From assembly GCA_964019335.1 (NCBI GenBank), contig OZ025663.1:248001-312000 (forward strand): DNA of 64,000 nt, read 5' to 3'. Below, in pieces: positions 22,013 to 34,822 of the stretch. Each line of letters begins with the position of its first letter. The first letter of the stretch is position 1. Under the pieces are notes generated by a model. It made no database searches. It was given only the letters and a program-made list of their open reading frames with translations, and was not told the origin of the DNA. Both the position numbers and the translations under genes were made by a program. Source of the stretch: Diplonema japonicum (lineage: Eukaryota; Protista; Euglenozoa: Diplonemea).

Positions 22013-24066
22013 GAAGTGAGAAGACCCTTTCCCCTACTTCCCCTACATCCATCCCCCCCCCTTTCCATTCTCTTCTTTTCACTAGCTCTCTTGCTAATGA
22101 CGGCCCCTTTGTTAGCAGGAAGAAAAGCTACTGGAAGAATAGGTGAAAAAACTGGGGGTTGGTTGGGGGACAGAAATAAAAATTTAAACACTGGAAGAAA
22201 TGAATGAGGTGGTTGTGTGTGTATGTGGGGGGGGGGGGGGGGGGGGGGGATGGACTGTATCAATAGCTAATCAACTCTATTATAGAGTGATAACGGATGG
22301 AGGGAGAGAGAAAGAAAAAAAAAAGAAGGAAAAAAAAGTACTGTATAAAAGCACTCCTGGGCAGGTGGGTCCCTCTTCACCCAGGCGTGCGTTTCCAGTG
22401 CTAAACCCAATGAAGAAAAAAAAAAGAAAAAACGAAAAAAAAAAAAAGAGAAAAAAAAAACTAGAGGATCCCCCCCCTCACCTCTTCTTTTTGTTTTCTT
22501 AAGTGTGCAAGGCTGGCACCTCGTCCCCTTGTGCCATGGAAAGGTTTCACGGAGAAGAAGTAAATAGAACGAAGGGAAAAATATTGTTTGACCTTAAGTG
22601 GGTACTTTCGCCTTTTACAGACAAGCTTTGCATTTAGGTTTTTTTTCTTTTTTTTTTCTTCTTTTTTTCTTTTTTTTTTTTCTCCTTCTTGAAGCTGCTG
22701 GTCAGTTGCAACCAAACATGGCAACACAAACACACCTTTTGTATTTTTTTTTACCCCCCTTTAATTTTTTTATTCTCTCTTTTTTTCAAATAATTTTTTT
22801 TTTAAAAAAAATCATAACTTAACCCGATTCGAAAAAAGAAGGAAGAAAAAGAAATTAAAGGGGTGCGCTAACCTTTTTAAAGAAAAAAAAAAATGGGAGG
22901 GAAAACAGTATCTCCTATTAAACTCAAATGGGAGTCTTTTCCCCCTTTTTTTTTGGTAGAAGGTTCCTAACTTATAACACTTTAACGCTCCCCCTCCTTT
23001 GCCCCTTTATTTTTTTTTTCTTTTTTTCCCTCCCCTCTCTTGGATGAGACTGGACCCCCGGTTAGGTGGGTTTAGACTGGTAGTGCAACATATATCTTTT
23101 TGGAAAAAAAAAAAAGAAAAAAGAAAACTGACTGGGTGAGATCGGCACTTTTCTTAGCCTATTTTTACCAGGTAACGTTAACCCCTATTTCAATGCAAAA
23201 AAGAAAAAAAAAAAGAAAAAAGGTGCCAGGCCAACATGAAAATTTCGGTTTGAACCGAGGGCCCTGGATGAGATAGCACTTTAAAAAATTCAAAACAAAA
23301 AAATATTCTAGCGCTGTTGAAGAAACACTGTAAAAATGAAAAGGTGCCGGACTGACTAATTTCGGAGTTCCATCAGCAGTCCGTGGATTTCTCAGGTCGG
23401 CATTTTCAGTTTACAGTAACTTTTTCTTGACCCCCCACCCCCATCGTTGGCTTGCGATTTTTTTATTTTTTCAAAAAAAAAAAAAAGAAGAAGAAGGGAC
23501 AGAGAAGACGTTGGTGTTGATGCCTTGCACAAAAAAAAATATATATATATATATCTGAGATGTATTTCTTTTGTTTCTTTCCCCCTCCTTTTTAAAAAAA
23601 AAAAAAGAAAAGAATACAAGTGAAGTTCTCAGATATCAAAGCTGCCCCAGCGATCTTCTTGCTTTTCTTTTCTTCTTTTTTTTTTTTAAAGATCCAGAAA
23701 CCCAGCCAACAAGCCCAACAAAGGTCTCTTTCCAATAGGACACCGAACAAATATAAAGGTTTTAAACACAAAATATTTTCAGCAAAAAGAAAAGGGGGAT
23801 TTTTTGAGTCTAACCACGAAAGGGATCAGAGTGAGCCGTGCTCTTTTAGTAAAAGCTTGATTCTGTATTTTTTCGATACTATGAACTCGCAAGGATCTCT
23901 TTTAACCAAAAGTGTAGCATGAGGCTTTTGTTTCCCAATTAGTTTTTTTTTTTTTTTTTTTTTTTCCTCGTATTATTACGAACCAAAAACAAGAAGGAAG
24001 TGCTTGCTATGTCACCTATAGAGTTGAGAATTATATCACTTTAGTCGGGCCAAATCTTTGAAAATG

Positions 24067-24099
<33 letters not shown>

Positions 24100-24601
24100 C
24101 CCTTTTGAGGAGTAATGAATTGTAGAGTAACTCACCCAAATACCCCCCCCTACACGCTCCACTACCTCAAAAAAAAAAGGAAAAAAAAGGTACTCTCAGG
24201 GCTCGTTTGTATTTCTGAAGGGGGAAATAACCCTCTCCCCCCCCCCTTTTTTTTGCACTCTGCAAGGGCAAATCCCATGGCCACATTTATCCCTTTTAGG
24301 ATTAAGTGAATTATTGCCCCTCTTTCTTCTTTTTTTTTTTTTTTTTTTTTACCCTTCCTACTCCCTTCTACTTAAGTCTTTTTAAAACTTTTAAGCTTTT
24401 TCTTTTCGTAACCATTCCATCAACAAGGCCATTTAAACATTGGGTTTGGAGGGGGGGGAGGGGAGGGGGGGATCGTTTTCAAAGTGCTGGACATTTCAAG
24501 TGGTACACAGCCACAGAGCATTAATAGTTCCCCTCCCCCTCCCCCTCCCCCCGAAGTTTCAAAAAAAAGTTAGACAAAAAGAATGGCCGATTTTTTTTTT
24601 A

Positions 24602-24908
24602 GGTGGTGGGGATAACATGGAAATATAAAGAAGTACATCAGATGTGTTGTTCGCTGTTGACCTCCTCGTCGGTCATCACCGGTAGCGCCCAAGTGGAAGA
24701 AGCAGATGCTCAGGGTGGCGAACAGGCAGCAAACTACACGGGCTCAGAATCATGGTTACCCGGGGCGCCCCGGCTGGGGTTGAGCTGCACACCGCACGCA
24801 TTAAGGACACGACGCGGAACGCAGAAGAAGCTACAGCTAGGCCGAGGTGCGCCCCCTGTAATCAAGTAAATGGTGCTTGTGCAGGGTGCCCCCACCGGCT
24901 TCCTTTAA
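24602..24908. repeat. Repeat R1, copy 2
   Basis: Direct sequence similarity to 5872-6191. Confidence 0.9.
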
Positions 24909-25580
24909 ATCATCAAATTTTTAATTATTCAGCGCAAAAATGAAACACTTATGCATTGTGTGGGTGTGAGGGGTGGCTTTTTTTTTTTTTTTTTTTTTTT
25001 TCACCCGAAAAATGGATTATCTACGAACCTTTCTCTTTTCTTCTATTGCCATTTCTTTTTTAAAAATGGGAGAGAACAATGTGTGCTGCATGCACTTTAC
25101 GGTTACTATTCTTAGCACAATGTTTTAACCTATTGTTTTCTGAGGTTTTTGCCAAAATCCCCCCCCCCCCCCGCCTACTGCGCTTCTGAAGTTTTATTTT
25201 ATTTAATTTTATTTTAAGAAAGATGTACAGTATAACTGAGGAGTTGTACTGGAGTTTTAGTGTCCAGAAACAAAAATGGAGGAGAACGAAGAAGAATGAA
25301 AGGAAGAAAAAAAAGGGCGCTTCTACTTTTTTTTTTCTTTTTTCTTGACACCCTCCCCTAGGGCTTTAGGGGGGTTTCATACTTTGCTATTTAAAAAGAA
25401 AAAAATAAAAGAGAGAAGAAAGAGGAAAAAGAAAAAAAAAAAAAAAAAAAAAAAAAACACTGGCTAAATGGAGACCAAGCAGGAATAAAGAGCATTTTCA
25501 GGTAGATTAAGAAACTGCCTTATGAAGCCTTTTGGAAACCTACCTCTTCATTTGACCTCGCCATTTTTATTTATTTCTTG

Positions 25581-25620
<40 letters not shown>

Positions 25621-25726
25621 AAGAACGAGTCTTTGACTTGTCTAAACAAAAGGGGAACGTTGGCAACGTGTTTCGGGTTGACAAACTTCTCCAGGTTTTA
25701 CCCGGCACGTACAAACAACGGCCAGT

Positions 25727-25780
<54 letters not shown>

Positions 25781-25790
25781 TTTCCCTTCG

Positions 25791-26088
25791 GGTGGTGGGG
25801 ATAACATGGAAATATAAGAAGTACATCAGATGTGTTGTTCGCTGTTGACCTCCTCGTCGGTCATCACCGGTGGCGCCCGAGTGGAAGAACATAGTGCAGA
25901 TGCTCAGGGTGACGAACAGGCAGCAAACTGCACGAGTGCAGAATCTTGGTTACCCGGGACGCACCGGCTGGGGTTGATCTGTGCACCGCACGCATTAAGG
26001 ACACGACGCGGTGCGCCCCTTGTAATGAAGTGGACAGTTCTTGTGCTGGGCGCCGCCAACACCGGCCTCCTTTAACTCTTATATATAT
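25791..26088. repeat. Repeat R1, copy 3 (internal ~30-bp deletion)
   Basis: Direct sequence similarity; the deletion lies between two CGCGG words. Confidence 0.9.
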
Positions 26089-26351
26089 TTTCTTTTTTTT
26101 CAAAAAAAGAAAGAAGAAAAAAAAGAGCCCAATATACACCAGCTGAAAAAAAGTGCTTCCCCCCCCCTCAAAAAATTATCTCTCGAACGAAAATACCAAC
26201 AGCAACACAACAACGACATAAGTCATAAGATTTTTTTTTTTGTGCTTTTACAAAAAAAGATTTTTCTTCACTCACTCTCCTGATTAACAAATTTCGCTCT
26301 TGTCCCATTTTTTTTTTTTTGTTACAAATATTTATCTTTCAAAAAATGATT

Positions 26352-26447
26352 TTATAACTATATGCAACTTGTGCCGAGCAAAAAACTTTCGCAGCTTTTT
26401 AAAAAACCTTTTTTGCTCGTGCGAACAACAAAGACATATAGTTATAA
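26352..26447. repeat. ~96-bp imperfect inverted repeat/hairpin
   Basis: TTATAACTATATG / CATATAGTTATAA outer arms and CGAGCAAAAAA / TTTTTTGCTCG inner arms. Confidence 0.75.
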
Positions 26448-27213
26448 TAAGTTATAGATAAAGAATTTTTTTCCCCCCCCTTCTTACGTCCGATCAACAA
26501 ATTTGGTGATGAAAAACTGGGCTTTTTTTTTTTTTTTTTTTTTTTGCGTGCTCAATTCACATGATTACCAGAAAAAACAAATAATGAAGGGCTGCATTAA
26601 AAAAAAAAAAAGAGAAAAAAAAAAGTGGAAAATGATAAAGGTGAAAAGAGCAGGTGCAGTGTGTGTGTAAGGGCTTAATTTTGTAAAGGATAAATGAACT
26701 ACTGTAAAACGAAAAAAAGTGCTGGGACCAAAATGCATTTTTTTTTTTACCCTCTTTTCACTTTTTAATGGGGGTTACATGGATTGTCCCCCCCCCCCCC
26801 CCCCCCTCCCCCCCCCATCAATAGTGAAATCTCTTTTCTTCTAAAAACTGCTGTTTTTATGTACACGGTTTTGAGGGGGTTTTTTTTTCTCTCCATTCAG
26901 GAAACCATCAAGCACGCCTAGGATGGGAGGGGAAAAAAGTGGGGAGGGGGGGGGGGGGGGACAAAATCTAGTTTTTTTTCCCTTTTTTTTGATGCTCACA
27001 TTTCTTTTTTTTTCTTCTTTCTTTCTTTCAACGCTTCATGACTATTTACAATTGGTCTTTTTTTTTTTTTTTTTTTTTCTGCGCATTCTCGCAGCACTTA
27101 ATAGAGATGTGGCAGTATACTCCGCTCCCCTTCCCTTCCCCTCCCCTCCAACGCCAGCAAAGGAGCAAGATCCAGGATTTCTGAGTACCCAGCTCCACAA
27201 TGACATGGCATGT

Positions 27214-27252
<39 letters not shown>

Positions 27253-27679
27253 ACGGACCGTGGATATTCTTTGTCTTTCTTTTCTCTTTTTTTTCCCCTT
27301 TCCCAATCTTTTAAATTAATTTGGAATGGGAAGAAAAAAAAATGAAGGAAAAAAAAAAAAAAATCATCATTTTATTTTGTACACTCTATTTTTTTTTTTT
27401 CCATACCCTTTTCGGGTTTTATTTTTCATTTGTTCTTATTATCTGCATTTTTTTTTCTTCTCCTTTTTTTTTTTTTTGTCTTTTTTACTACTCACACATA
27501 AATTATATGTCACCCCCCCTCCCCTCCCCTCTTTTCCCCCACGTTTTTTTTTTTTTTTTTTTTTTTTTTTTCTGCTATTCAGTTTTCTTCTTCCTTTATT
27601 CTTATTAAATTGTTCGATCATTTGAAGAGAGTCACGAAACAAGTTCATTGCAGGTTTCTTTTTTTTTACACAAAGAAAC

Positions 27680-28990
27680 ATGAAAGCACGCGTTGGTATT
27701 AGCATAGGAGTTTCAGTGCTGGTGTTTTGCAACATTTTCCAAAAGCACGACGAAAACAAAATCAAGCCCGAAAAAGCAAAACCTGCCCCCGTGCAACCCA
27801 TATCTGAAAAATGCACCACACCCATAAGAGAGGAAGGGACGGTTCATTTCAAAGAAGGATATTGCTGGAGCGAACCCGAGCAAAGCGGGGACTTCTTTCA
27901 ACATCTCCGTGTTTTCTACCCCGCAAAACTGGGACCCGGGTTCAAGGTAACCAAAGGGAACCTCGGCACGAAAATGAAAAACCTGACAAAAACAGCTTGT
28001 GGCCGACCCCATCCCTCAGAACGGTCCCTGTGCGCACAATCTCAAGAATTCGGCATCGGTGCCATGACCGCAGCTATCATAAAAGCCTCATTGACAGCCG
28101 TATCCACAAACACCGAATTTTACTTCTCAGAGCTAAAAGGCATATGGGGAACCGGTCCAACCAACCCAACCCATCATTCTTACTATGATTCTGACTTATT
28201 TCCTTGCACAGGGACCTGTTTGAGCAACAACACCGGGCTGGTTCATGTGGTAGTTCCTGCTAGTAAACGCTGCCGTAAAAAAAGCAAAAACAAGCTCAAA
28301 TGCTCGTTCCACCCAGCTAGGACAAAAACCTTACAAGAGATTATCGGTTCTTCCGAAACATTCTACACCGTCGCAGAGATGGCCAGAACGGTCATGAAAC
28401 CCAATAACATCGTTAAAAAGAAGATTGAACAGGCACGGCGGGATATGAACCTAAATGAACGGGATAATTACTTAGGGGTCCATATACGTTTGGGCGACTC
28501 CTGCCCTGGTGTTGAAGGGCGAAGCGGAGTGAAAACGTGTAAAGGTGTTGAAGAGTATATTAGTGACATAAAAGAGATGGTCGAGAGATATAACCTAACT
28601 ACTGTCTTCGTGGCCACGGATGATAACGCTATACGGAAAACCATCGAAACAACCCTCATAAGCCAGGTCGGGTCCCGCAACCTCCGTGTTGTCGCCCCGT
28701 CCTGGACAACCCCGAACTTCACGAAGGCGATTGAGCGGTACGCCGAGCTGCACGACCCGCAGGAGATCGGGACGCGTGCCCTAGCCGAGATCCACATCCT
28801 CAGCGAGGCGAGGGCGTTCGTCGGAAAGTTCTCGTCGAACTTCTTCAGGCTCGCGTATGTGTTGGGATCTCACACCTCTGAATCGGTGAGATGCCTCAAA
28901 CCCATTGTCTCCCTGGACTCCCCATGGTGCTTTGACTTCGGTGTCATGGCAGGCTTGGACTGCGCTACGAACACAAGATTTTTGTGTTGA
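27680..28990 (+). CDS. Alpha-1,6-fucosyltransferase-like glycosyltransferase (GT23/NodZ-FUT8 fold), type II membrane
   Basis: N-terminal TM. Motifs LGVHIRLGD, VFVATDD and LAEIHILSEARAFVGKFSSNFFRLAY. Confidence 0.8.
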   Translation: MKARVGISIGVSVLVFCNIFQKHDENKIKPEKAKPAPVQPISEKCTTPIREEGTVHFKEGYCWSEPEQSGDFFQHLRVFYPAKLGPGFKVTKGNLGTKMKNLTKTACGRPHPSERSLCAQSQEFGIGAMTAAIIKASLTAVSTNTEFYFSELKGIWGTGPTNPTHHSYYDSDLFPCTGTCLSNNTGLVHVVVPASKRCRKKSKNKLKCSFHPARTKTLQEIIGSSETFYTVAEMARTVMKPNNIVKKKIEQARRDMNLNERDNYLGVHIRLGDSCPGVEGRSGVKTCKGVEEYISDIKEMVERYNLTTVFVATDDNAIRKTIETTLISQVGSRNLRVVAPSWTTPNFTKAIERYAELHDPQEIGTRALAEIHILSEARAFVGKFSSNFFRLAYVLGSHTSESVRCLKPIVSLDSPWCFDFGVMAGLDCATNTRFLC

Positions 28991-29074
28991 AAACCGTTTT
29001 TTTTTTTTTTTCTTCAATGGAGGAATTACAAAAAAAAAAATCGTTCAGTGAGGGGGGGGGAAAAGAGAAAAAAA

Positions 29075-29158
29075 ATGGGTGTCGGACGACGTTTGCTGAT
29101 GAACATCCCCATGTGGTCTGTCCCTGTCTGGGGGAGCGGTATTTTATACCTTGTATGT

Positions 29159-29192
<34 letters not shown>

Positions 29193-30150
29193 TCCTGTTA
29201 GTCCTGTTCATTATTTCCCCCCTCCATTACAGATAGTCCAAAGCAACAGATACTTGCAAGGTGTTTCCGTATATGGGCAGATCCACACCAACAAACAGCT
29301 CAGAAGGCCAATTGGTATCTACAAAGCGGGGGCGTATGAGATCAGCCAACTATGCAACGTCGTACCGTACGGCGTCTTGGGGACGGCACTGACACAGGAC
29401 AAGCAGATTGAAAAAAGGGAGGAACAACCGGACGGGATGCAAGTAATAATTGTGGATCCTGCTGGTCTGCACCACATACACGGGCTCCCAAAAGGTGCGG
29501 CTGGCGCTGCAGGAGCAATCTACGCGTGGATCGGCGAGGAACATCTTCCCATGGATCAACCCTTCCCCAGCGACGTCTCAGAAGGAATTCAACACGCAAC
29601 GCATGCTGCCCGCCATGTGTATGGCACTCGGCCTGTTATTCACGCTGTCGGCCCGGACCTCAGGACGGAGAAGTACCAAGGCGAGGAAGGGTACTTTGCA
29701 GCGAAAAGGGATTTGAGCCTCACATACACAAACATTTTAAAGGAATTCGCGGAATATCTGAAGCCGGACTTGATGTCGTGGAACCCTGATGAGGAGAACC
29801 AGAACGTGAGGCAGCCGTGGGGCACGCTACGTGTGCTTCCTGTGTCTGGTGGGATTTTCAGCGGGCGTTTTAAAAAGGACATGCCTGAGCTTACTGCAGG
29901 CGCGCTTGTTTCCGCCATCCAGGCCCTCCCTCCCACACACCGACGGGCCCTGGCTTGCCGTGCCCAGTCCATAGACCTTTGCGTGTTCGATGATAGGGAG
30001 TTCAAAGGTTTTAAACAGGAACTCTACCGCGTCAGTGAGAACGTACGCGTTTCGACTCCTTTATATGCTGATACTTTCTCCGACTCAGGGGCGTCGATGC
30101 AAAACCCTGGTGCTTACAAAGTACATGAATACAAGAGCAAAGACATATGA
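29075..30150 (+). CDS. Macro-domain (ADP-ribose binding/processing) protein; join(29075..29152,29233..30150)
   Basis: Motifs IIVDPAG..GAAGAAGAIY, VIHAVGPD and LPVSGGIFSG. One 80-nt T-rich GT-AG intron restores the frame from ATG 29075. Confidence 0.75.
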
Positions 30151-30395
30151 AGAAGAGTGTGCGATTTTCCACTTTTTTTTCCCCCCTCAATAAAAAAAAA
30201 AAAAAAGGAAGAATACAACAAAGGCGGGGTGGAGGGCGGTTAGTGTACCTGAAGAGGATACATTATACAAAAAAAAAAAAAAAAAAAAAAACAAGAAGAA
30301 AAAAGAAAAAAGAAAACTAAAACCCATATATATTTATCCCCCCCTTCTCTCTCTCCCCCTCTCTTTCCCGGAAAAAAAAAAAAGAAGAAGAAAAA

Positions 30396-32032
<1,637 letters not shown>

Positions 32033-32118
32033 AGAATGGGAAGGAACAAGGGGAAAAAAAAAAAAAAAAAAGAAATGAAAGAAAGCAAAAAAAGAAAATG
32101 TCGGAACTGTTTCATCCT

Positions 32119-32156
<38 letters not shown>

Positions 32157-32655
32157 CCCCGTGCGTTAGTTACTGTTCTCCCTTTTTCCAAAAAGAAGGG
32201 AAAAAGAGGAGAGAAAAAAAAAAAGGGAAAAAGAAAGAGAGTTTACTTTCTCTGTATTTGTATGTGTAAAAAGAAAAAAAAAGGAAACAAAACAAAGCAA
32301 AAAGAAAAATAGGATGAAAGAAGAGAAAAAGAAAACAGATGACAAAAGAAGAAGAAAAAGCATGGGGCAGAGAACTTTTTTTTAAAGACAGAAGAACGAA
32401 AAGGAAAAAAATAGATGCGATTTTTTTGTTTTTTTTTATCCCCCCCCGGTGGCTGGACTTGCTAGGGATAGGATGGGCTGTTAAATACCTTTTTGTTCTT
32501 TTTTTCTCTTTGTTTTCCTTTCCCTCTGCCTTTCCTTTCACCCCCCTCATTGTCGCCTTCTTTTTATTCCCCCCCCCCCCCCCAACACCCTTCTTCCCCC
32601 CACCTTCTTTGTGTCTTTCCCCGTTCCTTTTGTTTCTTTTTTCTTTTTCTCCCCT

Positions 32656-32707
<52 letters not shown>

Positions 32708-32884
32708 ATCATAGTATTTTGTCTTTCTTCCTTTTTATTTGAAAAAAGATTTTTCTTGGCCCTCCCCACCCCACCTGCTTTCCGTGGTTTTATTTCTTTT
32801 TTCTTTTTTATTACATGCCAACACGAGCAAACATATTTACTGCCAACAAGCAGTAGAAAAGAAGAAGAAGAAAAAAAAATAATA

Positions 32885-33175
32885 ATGGCAACACGCCTGG
32901 AGCTGGAGAAACAGGCGACGGACGAGCTGATGCAGGTGTTCCGAGAAAACAAGCAAAGCATAGGAAGCTCACATCAAAGATTCATGAAAGAGGTGGAAGA
33001 GGCAGTGCCTCAGGGGAGAATACCTTGTGCTGCAGAGCAAGATACCGTGAGTAGGTGTTACGCGCAATATGAGGGCGCTGTGTGGAACTGTGCCGAGACA
33101 GTGAAGGCGTACAACAAGTGTGCCTCCACAGCTTGGACGAAGTGGCAGAGCGACCATGAAAAGCTAAACGAATAG
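32885..33175 (+). CDS. Twin CX9C (CHCH) mitochondrial intermembrane-space protein, Mic19-like architecture
   Basis: C-AAEQDTVSR-C and C-AETVKAYNK-C preceded by a helical region. Confidence 0.7.
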   Translation: MATRLELEKQATDELMQVFRENKQSIGSSHQRFMKEVEEAVPQGRIPCAAEQDTVSRCYAQYEGAVWNCAETVKAYNKCASTAWTKWQSDHEKLNE

Positions 33176-33281
33176 CAGTCGATATTTTATTTCTTTTTTT
33201 TTTTTTCTCCCCTTCAAAAAAAAAAAAAAAATAATAATCATAAAGCAACAAGGCGTTTTTTTTTTTTTTTTTTTTTGAAAT

Positions 33282-34730
33282 ATGGATCTTCAACGGGAGC
33301 ACTCTAAAAAGGTGCTCCTCTCACCGCCTTCTGGAATTCTGACCCCGACAGAGCTGGCGAGTATCTCGGCTATGCCACCGCCTCCTTTGTCGTTAGACAT
33401 TTCGGAAAAGAGCACCACCGTCAACAAGCGAGAGGCAAAACGGAAAACACAAAAACACATAAAAACACACGAAAGCACCTCCTCGTGGTGCGTGGTGTGC
33501 AGAATCCAACTTTACGGGAACCGCGTGATGAAGGCCCTCGGCTCTTGCACATGTTGCATGTTTGACATAGGGGCGCATATCCGTATATTCTACACAGGGT
33601 TCTGGCACCACGGCATCGTGTCCGACGTGATGTGGTGCGCCAGCGAGGACCGCGTGGTGTCTGGTGGCAGTGTGATCCACTACTGGAAGGCACCCAGCGG
33701 GGCAATGGAGGTTATTGAGAGCAAGCTTGCTGAGTTTATCGACAAAAAAGGTGTCGGCGCAATCGAGATCGTGAAGTACTGCAAGAACCAGTTCCACTCC
33801 GAAGACACGCTGTTGCTAGCCATGCGGTCACTCGGCACAGGAAAATACTCCTTCTCTTCCAACAATTGCGAGCACTTTGCTACCTACTGCAAAACAGGCA
33901 TTATGCACTCCAAGCAGGCCGACTCCCTGAAGGACGGTGCTGCTGTCGGCGGTGCTGCTTTGGTGCTCACACAAGTCGCGCCTGCTTTGTTCGGCGCCAT
34001 GACCCTCGGCATCGGTGTTCTTGCTGCTGCTGGCTACCACGCCATCAAAAGCTCGATTCCTGATAAAAAGTCCAGCCAGCACCCCACCCTTCCTGCTTTT
34101 TCTCGTGTCATGTGCCTTCGTCTCATCATGTCTGACCTCACCAGCCCTACCGCGCCTGAAATCCTCGAAAATGTGAGAAGCAACAACATCCCCAATCTCA
34201 GGGAAGAGCTCATCAAGCGGCTTTGCCTTGGCCCTGAGTGGCACGTGGAGGGCTTGTACATGACCTTCCCTGAGGATTACAACGACGACTTTGTCAAAAT
34301 ACAATCAAAGGAAGAGGTCGAATCGCTTCCTGACATCTGCAGCATACGGTTGTTACTGAAGCTGAAGAAGCACCCCCCAACACTGCCCGGTGTGTCGCCT
34401 AGGAGGCGGCAGATGTTGCAGCCCGCGACCAGGGACAGGCTGTCGGATAGGTTGTCTGCGTGTGCGCTGTTGTTGCCTTCGGAGACAACACAAACGCCCA
34501 AAGACCCGCAACTGGAGGGCAACATGTCCGAGAGGCAGACCACCAGCGACGGCGCCATTGCTTCGTTCTTGCCATGCAGTGATGACGAGTCCATCTCCTC
34601 CTCCGACGACGGGCATCCCATCCTGCTACAGCCGCTCTCTTTAACATCTCGTCTGCGCCTTGACTATGTCCCCTCGTCAGACTCTCTAGCTGGCTCTGAG
34701 TGGGGCGACAAGTCTGTTGTTGATGAGTAA
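33282..34730 (+). CDS. LRAT/NC-domain (permuted NlpC/P60) protein with TM segment
   Basis: Motifs HHGI, VIHY and NNCEHFATYC, followed by a hydrophobic Gly/Ala helix. Confidence 0.8.
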   Translation: MDLQREHSKKVLLSPPSGILTPTELASISAMPPPPLSLDISEKSTTVNKREAKRKTQKHIKTHESTSSWCVVCRIQLYGNRVMKALGSCTCCMFDIGAHIRIFYTGFWHHGIVSDVMWCASEDRVVSGGSVIHYWKAPSGAMEVIESKLAEFIDKKGVGAIEIVKYCKNQFHSEDTLLLAMRSLGTGKYSFSSNNCEHFATYCKTGIMHSKQADSLKDGAAVGGAALVLTQVAPALFGAMTLGIGVLAAAGYHAIKSSIPDKKSSQHPTLPAFSRVMCLRLIMSDLTSPTAPEILENVRSNNIPNLREELIKRLCLGPEWHVEGLYMTFPEDYNDDFVKIQSKEEVESLPDICSIRLLLKLKKHPPTLPGVSPRRRQMLQPATRDRLSDRLSACALLLPSETTQTPKDPQLEGNMSERQTTSDGAIASFLPCSDDESISSSDDGHPILLQPLSLTSRLRLDYVPSSDSLAGSEWGDKSVVDE

Positions 34731-34822
34731 CGTGCTGTTGTTTCCACAGCTGCACACTTTTTCTCGAAGCATATTATTATCCCCTTCCACCTCCCACCAC
34801 AACAGGACTGTCACCTGCCACA

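Noticed and set aside
25577-25790. Extremely long T/A/C/G homopolymers as a functional signal
   Set aside because: They are ubiquitous, and run lengths may be affected by sequencing or assembly error. Only their strand and position bias (introns versus spacers) was kept as a finding.
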